DNA from: an uncultured Anaerolineaceae bacterium
GTDB lineage: Bacteria; Chloroflexota; Anaerolineae; Anaerolineales; UBA4823
DNA length: 64,000 nt
Direction of reading: 5' to 3'
Assembly (NCBI GenBank): GCA_964633225.1
Contig: CAZWFQ010000001.1
Span: forward strand, 27,001-91,000
Shown here: positions 45,088-52,293 of the stretch, one piece after another
Layout of the letters: every line of letters starts with the position of its first letter
How positions within the stretch are numbered: position 1 is the stretch's first letter
Program-made: the position numbers and the translations under genes
Notes under the pieces: model-generated
Told to the model about the DNA's origin: nothing
Databases searched by the model: none
Seen by the model: the letters and a program-made list of their open reading frames with translations, nothing else

Positions 45088-45947
45088 TAGATTTCATCCG
45101 CAAAACTGCGTTCCATGCGCCGGAAGTAGAACATACCGCTTACCAGCACCACAAACGCCACGAGCGTAGAGATGATCAGCAAAGTCGGCGGGGTAGCCTG
45201 GGTCCCCAGGATGGCCCAACGGAAGCCTTCGATCACGCCGGTCATTGGGTTGAGCGCATACAGCCACTGCCACTTGGGCGAGACCTCTGATGAAGAATAG
45301 ACGATGGGGGTGATGAAGAACCAGATCTGTGTCAAAAATGGCAGGATATGCCCCACGTCGCGGTAGATCACATTCATTGCTGAGAGCCACAGGCTGAAAC
45401 CCAGGGCTGAGACCAGGGTCAGGAGCAAGAAAAGCGGCAGGGTTAGCAAGGCCGGGGTGAAGTGGAAATCAAAGTTGGCCCCCGGTGCAAAATGATAGTA
45501 GATGATGATGACCACCAGCACCCCAAAGGCAATGGCAAAATCCACCAGCCCAGCCAGGACGGATGAGACCGGGATGACCAGGCGCGGAAAGTAAACCTTG
45601 GTGATCATGTTGCGGTTGTTGACCAGGGCGCGTCCTGCATCGCTGAGCGCTTTGGAGAATAATCCCCAGGGCAGCAGAGCAGTGAAGTTGAAAACAGGAT
45701 ATGGAACGCCCTCTGAAGACAAATTGGCTACCCCGCCGAAAAGCAAGGTGAAGATCACCATCTGCACCACTGGCTGCAAGATGGCCCAGGTGGCGCCAAG
45801 CAAGGTCTGCTTGTAACGCACTTTCAAGTCGCGCCAGACCAAGAAGTAGACCAGCTCTCGGTAAACCCATAGATCGCGCAAGTTGAGGGCGGCCAACCCC
45901 CGTGTGGGGCGGAGGAGGAGAACGGAGTCGGAAGAAGTTGAAGGCAT
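45087..45947 (-). CDS. wzm: polysaccharide ABC exporter permease (ABC-2), second copy
   Basis: 286 aa. LRDLWVYRELVYFLVWRDLKVRYKQTLLGATWAILQP and six hydrophobic segments. 1-nt TAATG overlap with the ATPase gene. Confidence 0.85.
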   Translation of the reverse strand: MPSTSSDSVLLLRPTRGLAALNLRDLWVYRELVYFLVWRDLKVRYKQTLLGATWAILQPVVQMVIFTLLFGGVANLSSEGVPYPVFNFTALLPWGLFSKALSDAGRALVNNRNMITKVYFPRLVIPVSSVLAGLVDFAIAFGVLVVIIIYYHFAPGANFDFHFTPALLTLPLFLLLTLVSALGFSLWLSAMNVIYRDVGHILPFLTQIWFFITPIVYSSSEVSPKWQWLYALNPMTGVIEGFRWAILGTQATPPTLLIISTLVAFVVLVSGMFYFRRMERSFADEI

Positions 45948-45948
45948 T

Positions 45949-45966
45949 GAGTGAATAGTGGATCGT
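45949..45966 (-). repeat. tandem heptamer element, copy e (5' leader of wzm copy 2)
   Basis: The minus strand reads ACGATCCACTATTCACTC and ends 1 nt before the ATG at 45947. Confidence 0.55.
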
Positions 45967-45976
45967 CTATTGGTTG

Positions 45977-46933
45977 CTATGCACTGTTTTTTCGATACCA
46001 GGCAATTGTATGCTTCAGACCTTCTTCAAAGGAGGTCTGAGCACGCCAGCCGAAGTAATCGGCAGCGCGGGATGTATCGAGGGCGCGGCGGGGTTGCCCG
46101 TTTGGATAGCTGGTATCCCAAACCAGCTTGCCCTCGAAACCGGTCAGGCGGGCGATCATTTCTGCCAGGTCTTTGATGCTGATCTCTTGGCCTGAGCCGA
46201 TGTTGACTGGCTCGCCGCCGTTGTAGAATTCGGACGCGGTCAGGATGCCATCGGCAGCATCGCCAGCATAGAGGAACTCGCGCGTCGGTGAGCCATCGCC
46301 CCACAAGACCACTTCTTTATCGCCCCGTGCCTGGGCCTCGATGCATTTCCGGATCAGAGCAGGGATAACGTGAGAGGTGTTCAGGTCAAAATTGTCGCGC
46401 GGCCCATATAAGTTGACCGGCAGCAGGTAGATGGCATTGAAGCCGTACTGCTCGCGGTAAGCCTGGGCTTGTACGAGGAGCATCTTCTTTGCCAGGCCGT
46501 AGGGGGCATTGGTTTCTTCAGGGTACCCCTCCCAGAGGCTCTCTTCGCGGAAAGGAATGGGGGTGAACTTGGGGTAGGCACAGACGGTGCCGATGGCAAC
46601 AAATTTGTTGATGCCGCGCTTCCAGGCTTCGTGCATAAGCTGGACGCCCATCATCAGGTTGATATAGAAGAAATCGGCTGGTCGGGCGCGGTTGGCGCCA
46701 ATACCGCCTGCCAGGGCAGCCAGGTGAATGACGATATCGGGGCGGGCTGTATCATATAAGCGCTGGATATCGGCGGGCTGGACCAGGTCATATTCTTTGA
46801 TCGTGGGCACGTACACTTCGGCTGCGCCGCGCTGTTTGAGTGCTTCGAGTACAAAAGAGCCTAGAAAGCCGGCGCCTCCGGTGACGCAGACACGGCGGTT
46901 TTTCCAAAAGTTAGGGTCAGATTGCGGTGACAT
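45977..46933 (-). CDS. fcl: GDP-L-fucose synthase-like (GDP-4-keto-6-deoxymannose 3,5-epimerase/4-reductase)
   Basis: 318 aa. [26 protein letters not shown] (YxxxK), [11 protein letters not shown] and [11 protein letters not shown]. gmd is present at 55705..56673. Confidence 0.7.
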   Translation of the reverse strand: MSPQSDPNFWKNRRVCVTGGAGFLGSFVLEALKQRGAAEVYVPTIKEYDLVQPADIQRLYDTARPDIVIHLAALAGGIGANRARPADFFYINLMMGVQLMHEAWKRGINKFVAIGTVCAYPKFTPIPFREESLWEGYPEETNAPYGLAKKMLLVQAQAYREQYGFNAIYLLPVNLYGPRDNFDLNTSHVIPALIRKCIEAQARGDKEVVLWGDGSPTREFLYAGDAADGILTASEFYNGGEPVNIGSGQEISIKDLAEMIARLTGFEGKLVWDTSYPNGQPRRALDTSRAADYFGWRAQTSFEEGLKHTIAWYRKNSA

Positions 46934-46968
46934 GTGTGGTTGCTCCTGATTTTTATAGCGACATAAAC

Positions 46969-47994
46969 TTACTGAACGATGAATTGGGCATTGCGGTAGC
47001 GGTGATCCTGTGGATTGCTGATCAAGCCGCTGCGCAGGGCGTGCAGCACCTCGCGTACGCCATCTTCAGCGGTGAGTTGGGTGGTGAAACCGAGCACCCT
47101 GCGGATTTTTTCGAATGAGACGGTGATATCGCGCATGTCGCCGCCGAAGGTCATATCTTTATAGCTGACCATGGTCTCGGGTAAGCGTTTCAATACCAGC
47201 TTAACGATCTCATCTTTGGTGTAATTGCCGGCATCTGAGCCCAGGTTGAAGATCTGGCCGCGCACGGCCTCGGTGGGGCTTTGCAAGCCCATAATCATGC
47301 CACGCACAGCATCTCGGATATGGACGAAAGAGCGCGAGTAGCCGCGTTGGTAGATCAACAGTTCACGGCGGGTATATGCTTCCAGCACGAACTGGTTGAT
47401 GATCAGGTCGAAACGGGTGCGGGGCGAGACGCCAAAGAGGGTTGCCAGGCGGAAGAGCAGCGGCGCACAAGTGGAGCTTCTCTGGCTGAGCAGGTAACGC
47501 TCAGATGCGATCTTGGTCTCGGCGTAGAGTGACTGCGGGGTGAGGGGCGATTCTTCGGTGACCGGCTGACCATCTGTTGAAAGACCATAATTGCTGTATG
47601 TGGAGGCATATACAAAGCGCTGCGTCCCCAGGGCCTCAGCTTGTTCAAAGACCTGTTGGGTGGCCTCCACGTTATAACGCCAGGCCACCTGCCGCCCAAC
47701 CGCCTGACAGGCGGGGAAGCCCACAATGCCTGCCAGGTGTACGATGGCATCTGGCTTGGGCCATCCATCGCTGACCGCATTGCGGATGGCGCGCGGCTCG
47801 CTGACATTGGCTTTGACAAAATGGAAGTTGGGATGAGGCAGGTAGGCCATCAACGACTCGCCGCCGAAAAGCAGCTCATCTACAACCGTCACACGATATC
47901 CCAGGCGCAGCAGTTCGCCGGTCAATAGCGAGCCAATGTAGCCCGCTCCTCCGGTCACCAGTACGTGCTGGGTGGGGTCAGGTATTGTGCTCAT
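46969..47994 (-). CDS. NAD-dependent epimerase/dehydratase family protein
   Basis: 341 aa. [12 protein letters not shown] and [11 protein letters not shown] (YxxxK). ATGA-coupled to the upstream regulator gene. Confidence 0.75.
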   Translation of the reverse strand: MSTIPDPTQHVLVTGGAGYIGSLLTGELLRLGYRVTVVDELLFGGESLMAYLPHPNFHFVKANVSEPRAIRNAVSDGWPKPDAIVHLAGIVGFPACQAVGRQVAWRYNVEATQQVFEQAEALGTQRFVYASTYSNYGLSTDGQPVTEESPLTPQSLYAETKIASERYLLSQRSSTCAPLLFRLATLFGVSPRTRFDLIINQFVLEAYTRRELLIYQRGYSRSFVHIRDAVRGMIMGLQSPTEAVRGQIFNLGSDAGNYTKDEIVKLVLKRLPETMVSYKDMTFGGDMRDITVSFEKIRRVLGFTTQLTAEDGVREVLHALRSGLISNPQDHRYRNAQFIVQ

Positions 47995-48512
47995 GCATTT
48001 TTCTCCTGCAGGTGGTCTGGATTGATGGTGAGCGTGATCTTGGCGCCGCGCACGACCAACACCGGCGTATGGTTGCTGGGCTGGCTGTCGATCACCTGGA
48101 TGTCCTGCTCCAGGCAGGTCAGGCGGCAGATATCGGTGATGTCTCCTGGCTGACCGGGCTGGCTGGCGTTTTCAATGCAAACGCTGTTGTAGCCCGCCTG
48201 CTTAACCTCCGTCAGAAGCTCGCCGACGTGTTGCCGGGTGCGGCGGTAAAGCAACATAGACTGCTCAATGTAATCGATCGTCAGGCGTGCGCGGAAGGCG
48301 ATGCCGTCTGGCGTAATGATGTAACGCAGCTTGCGCCGTTCGGCGCGCTTGACCTTTACATAACCCTTGGCAATCAGGCGCTTCAGGTGCCAGTTAACGG
48401 TGCCGACTGCCACGCCAAGCTGGGTGGCAAGCGATGCTTGGGTCACATCTGGGTCGTGCTCGATTTGCTCGAGCAGGGTCATTTCACGGGCGGGGTCGGG
48501 AGGTATATTCAT
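47991..48512 (-). CDS. winged-helix (MarR-like) transcriptional regulator with unknown C-terminal domain
   Basis: The ATG at 48512 gives MNIPPDPAREMTLLEQIEHDPDVTQASLATQLGVAVGTVNWHLKRLIAKGYVKVKRAERRKLRYIITPDG, which is wHTH-like. The ~90 C-terminal aa match no family I recognise. The track N-terminal extension would cover the promoter region. Confidence 0.65.
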   Translation of the reverse strand: MNIPPDPAREMTLLEQIEHDPDVTQASLATQLGVAVGTVNWHLKRLIAKGYVKVKRAERRKLRYIITPDGIAFRARLTIDYIEQSMLLYRRTRQHVGELLTEVKQAGYNSVCIENASQPGQPGDITDICRLTCLEQDIQVIDSQPSNHTPVLVVRGAKITLTINPDHLQEKNA

Positions 48513-48538
48513 TTCAGTTCTAAAATTCAATAACTGAA
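48513..48538. promoter_or_regulatory. inverted repeat TTCAGTT-N12-AACTGAA between -10 and start codon (candidate operator)
   Basis: TTCAGTT at 48513-48519 and AACTGAA at 48532-48538. The repeat abuts the -10 hexamer and the regulator's start codon, a typical autoregulatory placement for wHTH repressors. Confidence 0.4.
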
Positions 48539-48565
48539 TTATAACTGCTGATTTAAATAGGTCAA
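48538..48565 (-). promoter_or_regulatory. sigma70-like promoter for the MarR-like regulator operon
   Basis: The minus strand reads TTGACC (comp. 48560-48565), a 16-nt spacer, then TATAAT (comp. 48538-48543). The -35 lies inside the hairpin arm. The ATG at 48512 is ~26 nt downstream of the -10. Confidence 0.55.
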
Positions 48566-48602
48566 GGTGTGCGAGCGGTATCACTACTCGCACACCTTGA
48601 CC
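48560..48602 (-). terminator. perfect 16-bp hairpin after the PIG-L gene (terminator-like, weak U-tract)
   Basis: GGTCAAGGTGTGCGAG (48560-48575) and CTCGCACACCTTGACC (48587-48602) are perfect inverted repeats with an 11-nt loop. On the minus strand they are followed by TATTTAAAT. The hairpin starts 10 nt after the stop at 48612. Confidence 0.5.
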
Positions 48603-48611
48603 TGCGACAGC

Positions 48612-49253
48612 TTAGCAAACGTTGAACGCGCTGACCACCCGCAGCATTTCAAAGCCCTCGGCATAGGCTCGCTCAGCCAGCGCACCCTGGCGGATCATGG
48701 TGGCGCGCAGCACCTGGGGCTCAAAGTAGTAACGCTCATGGTAGGTGGAGTACTGCGAAAGCGCTTCGATCTTGCGTTCGGCATCCTGCTCAGAGACCTC
48801 TACCAAGAAGTGGGGGAAGAAGCCGTAGCTGCTGCGCAGGGCGTCGAAGCCCAACACGGTGGTGCCGCGGAAGGCACGCAGTACCTCTTCAGTGGTCTGG
48901 ACGTGATCTTGGTGGATGTCAGATCGGGTGTGCGTGAAGACGATATCTGGCTTAAAATCGCGGTTCAGGCGATATAAAAACTCGAGGATCTCCTGGCGCA
49001 TCTGGGGGAAGCGCCGCGTCTCGAAGCTTTCGAGGATATCTTTCTCTGGCGGCACGCCTAAGACCTGCATACTGTTGCGGTGCTCGGTGACCAGGTTTTT
49101 CAGGTCCGGGTTCTTTTGATTATCAGAAAGCGTAACGCATAAGATATCGGCTTTGCCGTTGATGTTGGCAATTAATGCGCCGCAGCCCAGTTCAATATCA
49201 TCGGGGTGTGCCCCGATGAAGCAAATACGTTGCCCGTAAAAATTCATGCTCAT
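48612..49253 (-). CDS. PIG-L/LmbE family deacetylase
   Basis: 213 aa. ICFIGAHPDDIELGCG and HQDH motifs. Confidence 0.8.
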   Translation of the reverse strand: MSMNFYGQRICFIGAHPDDIELGCGALIANINGKADILCVTLSDNQKNPDLKNLVTEHRNSMQVLGVPPEKDILESFETRRFPQMRQEILEFLYRLNRDFKPDIVFTHTRSDIHQDHVQTTEEVLRAFRGTTVLGFDALRSSYGFFPHFLVEVSEQDAERKIEALSQYSTYHERYYFEPQVLRATMIRQGALAERAYAEGFEMLRVVSAFNVC

Positions 49254-49303
49254 AAGGTGTTCCAGTGCTTTGCGATTCTCGCGGCGAATCTCGCAAAGAG
49301 AAT

Positions 49304-49324
49304 CGCCTGATTAGCGATCAGGCG
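49304..49324 (-). other. 8-bp hairpin overlapping the stop codon of methyltransferase 49318..50118
   Basis: CGCCTGAT (49304-49311) and ATCAGGCG (49317-49324) with a 5-nt loop. On the minus strand ATTCTCTTTG follows. A second imperfect hairpin, CTTTGCGA..TCGCAAAG, lies at 49268-49298. Confidence 0.3.
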
Positions 49325-50118
49325 TGGGCGATGAACCCGCCAACAACCTTGACCATCACCAACTGCCCGTCTTCTTTCATCCGGCGTTCAGCCACCTTTT
49401 TGATTTTTCCCATGATGCGCTCGAAATCCTCAGGGCTTTCAAAGAAGCTTTTCCACAGCTTGCGATCTTCTGAAAGGGAGGCGCGCGTGTACTCAAGGAA
49501 CGGCTCGGCGGCTTCGAAGGTCAGGGGATTCTCAAAAATGTGTTCTTCGACGCTTTTGAACTGGGTGCGCATGGCGCTCAGGATCTGGCTGGCGTATCGT
49601 GATGAGCCCGGCATGGGGGGGATTTCTTTGCCGGTAGCTTCGCGAATGACGTCATAGAATAGCTGTTTGTTTTGGGGCATGGGCCCACTGGTGAAGAGCC
49701 GCCCACCAGGCTTGAGCACGCGGTGCATCTGGCTGATGGTGAAGGGGATATCTGCCGCATAGTAGATGGCGAAGCAGCAGGTCAACAGGTCGAACTGGGC
49801 ATCGGGGAAGGGGAAGGTGTTGTTAAAATCCAGCTCGGTAATGGTGATGGGGCTGCCGATCTTGGCGTTCTCTTGGCGCGCCTTGGTCAGTAATTCTTCG
49901 TTCATGTCGCCGCCGGTGATCTCGGCTTTGCCTTGCAAGGCATTGTGGAATAAGAAGCACTGTTTACCGGCGCCGCAGCCCACATCCAGGATCCGAGCGC
50001 CAGGCTGGACGTTTAACAAAGCCAACATCCATTGGTCAATATCCTTGCCGCCGTATTTCTTGTGGATATCGATGCGGGTTAGCAAGTCTTCGGTAGTTTC
50101 TCGGTAATCAATCTTCAT
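49318..50118 (-). CDS. class I SAM-dependent methyltransferase
   Basis: 266 aa. ILDVGCGAGKQCF (motif I), FDLLTCCFAIYY and LKPGGRLF. Confidence 0.8.
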   Translation of the reverse strand: MKIDYRETTEDLLTRIDIHKKYGGKDIDQWMLALLNVQPGARILDVGCGAGKQCFLFHNALQGKAEITGGDMNEELLTKARQENAKIGSPITITELDFNNTFPFPDAQFDLLTCCFAIYYAADIPFTISQMHRVLKPGGRLFTSGPMPQNKQLFYDVIREATGKEIPPMPGSSRYASQILSAMRTQFKSVEEHIFENPLTFEAAEPFLEYTRASLSEDRKLWKSFFESPEDFERIMGKIKKVAERRMKEDGQLVMVKVVGGFIAHA

Positions 50119-50148
50119 GGGGAACCTTTCTCTGATTAAGTGGGAAAT

Positions 50149-50157
50149 ATTATACCA
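50149..50157 (-). promoter_or_regulatory. candidate extended -10 promoter (TGGTATAAT) upstream of methyltransferase 49318..50118
   Basis: The minus strand reads TGGTATAAT (comp. 50149-50157) in the 88-bp gap 50119..50206. There is no good -35, consistent with an extended -10 type. Confidence 0.4.
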
Positions 50158-50206
50158 TTGGTAGGGTCGGATTTTATGGGGGTGAAAGCTGGGCGCCTGC
50201 CAGGGG

Positions 50207-52273
50207 TCAGGGTTTTGTTATGCATGCGCTGATATCTGCCAGGATGCGGTAGTCTACGCCGATATTGACCGGCTGTTTCCGTTCTTCCATGAAATTTACA
50301 CAGGGTTGTTCAAAACGAGCCCGTTGGTCGTTGCTCAGTTCGCGCCACCAGCGCTCATCAAAATACACATAGTCGAAGCCAGCCTGGGCAATGGCAGCCG
50401 GATGGGGGTCGGTGACCAAGGCCTCCCATTCGGGCAAGGGAAAGTAGATGGTAGAATGGGCGCGCGGAATCCGCCCAAACAAGGCTGGCGAGCGGGATGC
50501 CATGGGGTCAAAGACCTGTGCCGAGGAGGGCAAACGGTCCCAATAGTCTTGGGCAATGCCGGCGTCCAGGTCGGTCAGGTAATAGGTATACTGTGTGAAC
50601 TGCATGGCGGGAAGCTGGAAAGCCAGGATCACTACACCGCCCACCAGTGCAATGACGCAGCCCAGGTCTAGACCCAATCGGGCGGGCAGGTTCAACCGTT
50701 TGCTCTTTTGCCAGAGGATAGGGAAGCCCAATACCAGCCAGGTCCACAGGGCCGTATCTGTCATACGCGTGGTAGAGCGGTCCACGCCGTATTCCACCAG
50801 CAAGCCAAAGAGCATGCTGAGCAGCGCACTCCAACCCAGGCCCAGGCTGAACCAATCGGCGCGGCGGCGCCTGGGCCACTGCCAGGCAATTACCACCGGG
50901 ATCAGCAGCAGTACCGGGCCCAGCTCTGCCAGCAGCACCAGAAGCTGCCGTCCATCCAAAATAGAGAGCTGCCCCAGGTGGGCCGAGTAGAGTGCGGGAG
51001 GCCAGCGCAAGGCAAAGCCATAGGCATTGGATGTTGCGGCGCTCTCTCCGATCAAGGCGGCGCCCGCGCTGCGCAGGGTTTCGGTGATGAAGCCGCCCTG
51101 TACTGCGCTGAGCAGTGCCGAGACAGCCAGCACCGCGCCCCACTGCATGGCACTGGTCCCCGGCAAAGAAGGTTGTTTCCCTGGTCCCTTACCCAGGGCC
51201 AAGAAAATCGCCAGGGCTATCCCAAGCCATAACATGGCGAAGATGTGTTCTGCGCTGAGCGCCAGGTTGGCGAAAATGAGAGTCCAGGCAGCCAGGCCCA
51301 GCGGGGTGAAGCGGCGCTGCGGCGGCAAGAGCAAGAGCAGCGTCAGAACAGTCATATAGGGCAGGGCGCCAGTGCCGCCCAGGGTGAAGGTCACTGGCAC
51401 AAAGATGCCGTTGTGGAAAGCAAAGGGGAAAGAGATGACCCCGCCGCCTTCGATGAACCAGGGCCGGAATAAAGCTGCAGCCAGGCTGGAGCCAGTATCC
51501 AGGCCGGTATTTTGCATGAGAACGCCCTTGCTCAGCCATGCCAACCAGGGGCCTGGCAGCAAGGTCAGCAGCCAGCGTGTGCCACCACCCAGGCCAAATG
51601 CCAGGCTGCCCAGCAGACCGGCTTTGCGAGAATGGGTCATGCGCCGCACCCAAACATAGCCCAGCACCATGGTGAAAGCCAACGCCGCGGAGCGGCTGGC
51701 ATCCCAGGCGCTCCAGGGAAAGAAGCCTGCCAGCCGTACCAGGCTGGCAGCAAAAACCTGGATCCCGTAATGGTATGCAAAGCGCAGATCGGGGTTGAGG
51801 TAAAGATGGGGGGGGATGTCGCCCGCGGCCATGGTGGAGACGAGGGGGATGTGCAGGTATTCATCGAAGAGCGCCAGGCCGCGGTGGATAAAGGTGAAAA
51901 GGACAGTGAGAAGTGCAGTGGCTAGTGGATAGTGAATAGTGGATAGGATCAGGCGCAGTGTATTTTTCAGACCAGCCAGGCGGGCGGGCCAGGTTACCTG
52001 CCCAGGTACAGCCAACCTGGCGGCGAACAGGCCGGCAAGCAGAATGCTGATGGCGCTCAGCCAATAGGCCGGGGTGAGCGGCAGCAGGTTGGCCAGCAGG
52101 TTGCTCAGGGTGATGAACAGCAGCAGCCCGGCAGCCAGGCCAGTGACCAGGCGCTCGGCACGCCGCAGGTAAAAAGCGCTGCTGACCAGCAGGTAGCCAC
52201 CTAGCGCCCAAGAAGCGGTCAGCAGCAGGTAGAGAATTAGATCGAGCAGGTTATCAGTACGGCTCCAGTACAT
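50207..52273 (-). CDS. large polytopic membrane protein (possible GT-C or polymerase)
   Basis: 688 aa with about 14 or more hydrophobic segments. Loop LFDEYLHIPLVSTMAAGDIPPH. C-terminal ~110 aa are soluble-looking. Contains an in-frame heptamer-repeat insert (STIHYPLATA). Confidence 0.5.
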   Translation of the reverse strand: MYWSRTDNLLDLILYLLLTASWALGGYLLVSSAFYLRRAERLVTGLAAGLLLFITLSNLLANLLPLTPAYWLSAISILLAGLFAARLAVPGQVTWPARLAGLKNTLRLILSTIHYPLATALLTVLFTFIHRGLALFDEYLHIPLVSTMAAGDIPPHLYLNPDLRFAYHYGIQVFAASLVRLAGFFPWSAWDASRSAALAFTMVLGYVWVRRMTHSRKAGLLGSLAFGLGGGTRWLLTLLPGPWLAWLSKGVLMQNTGLDTGSSLAAALFRPWFIEGGGVISFPFAFHNGIFVPVTFTLGGTGALPYMTVLTLLLLLPPQRRFTPLGLAAWTLIFANLALSAEHIFAMLWLGIALAIFLALGKGPGKQPSLPGTSAMQWGAVLAVSALLSAVQGGFITETLRSAGAALIGESAATSNAYGFALRWPPALYSAHLGQLSILDGRQLLVLLAELGPVLLLIPVVIAWQWPRRRRADWFSLGLGWSALLSMLFGLLVEYGVDRSTTRMTDTALWTWLVLGFPILWQKSKRLNLPARLGLDLGCVIALVGGVVILAFQLPAMQFTQYTYYLTDLDAGIAQDYWDRLPSSAQVFDPMASRSPALFGRIPRAHSTIYFPLPEWEALVTDPHPAAIAQAGFDYVYFDERWWRELSNDQRARFEQPCVNFMEERKQPVNIGVDYRILADISACITKP
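51917..51947 (-). repeat. tandem heptamer element, copy f (in frame inside membrane-protein CDS)
   Basis: The minus strand reads CCTATCCA CTATTCA CTATCCA CTAGCCA CT and is translated as STIHYPLATA. Confidence 0.6.
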
Positions 52274-52293
52274 GGGGGCTTTTTTCTACCTGG

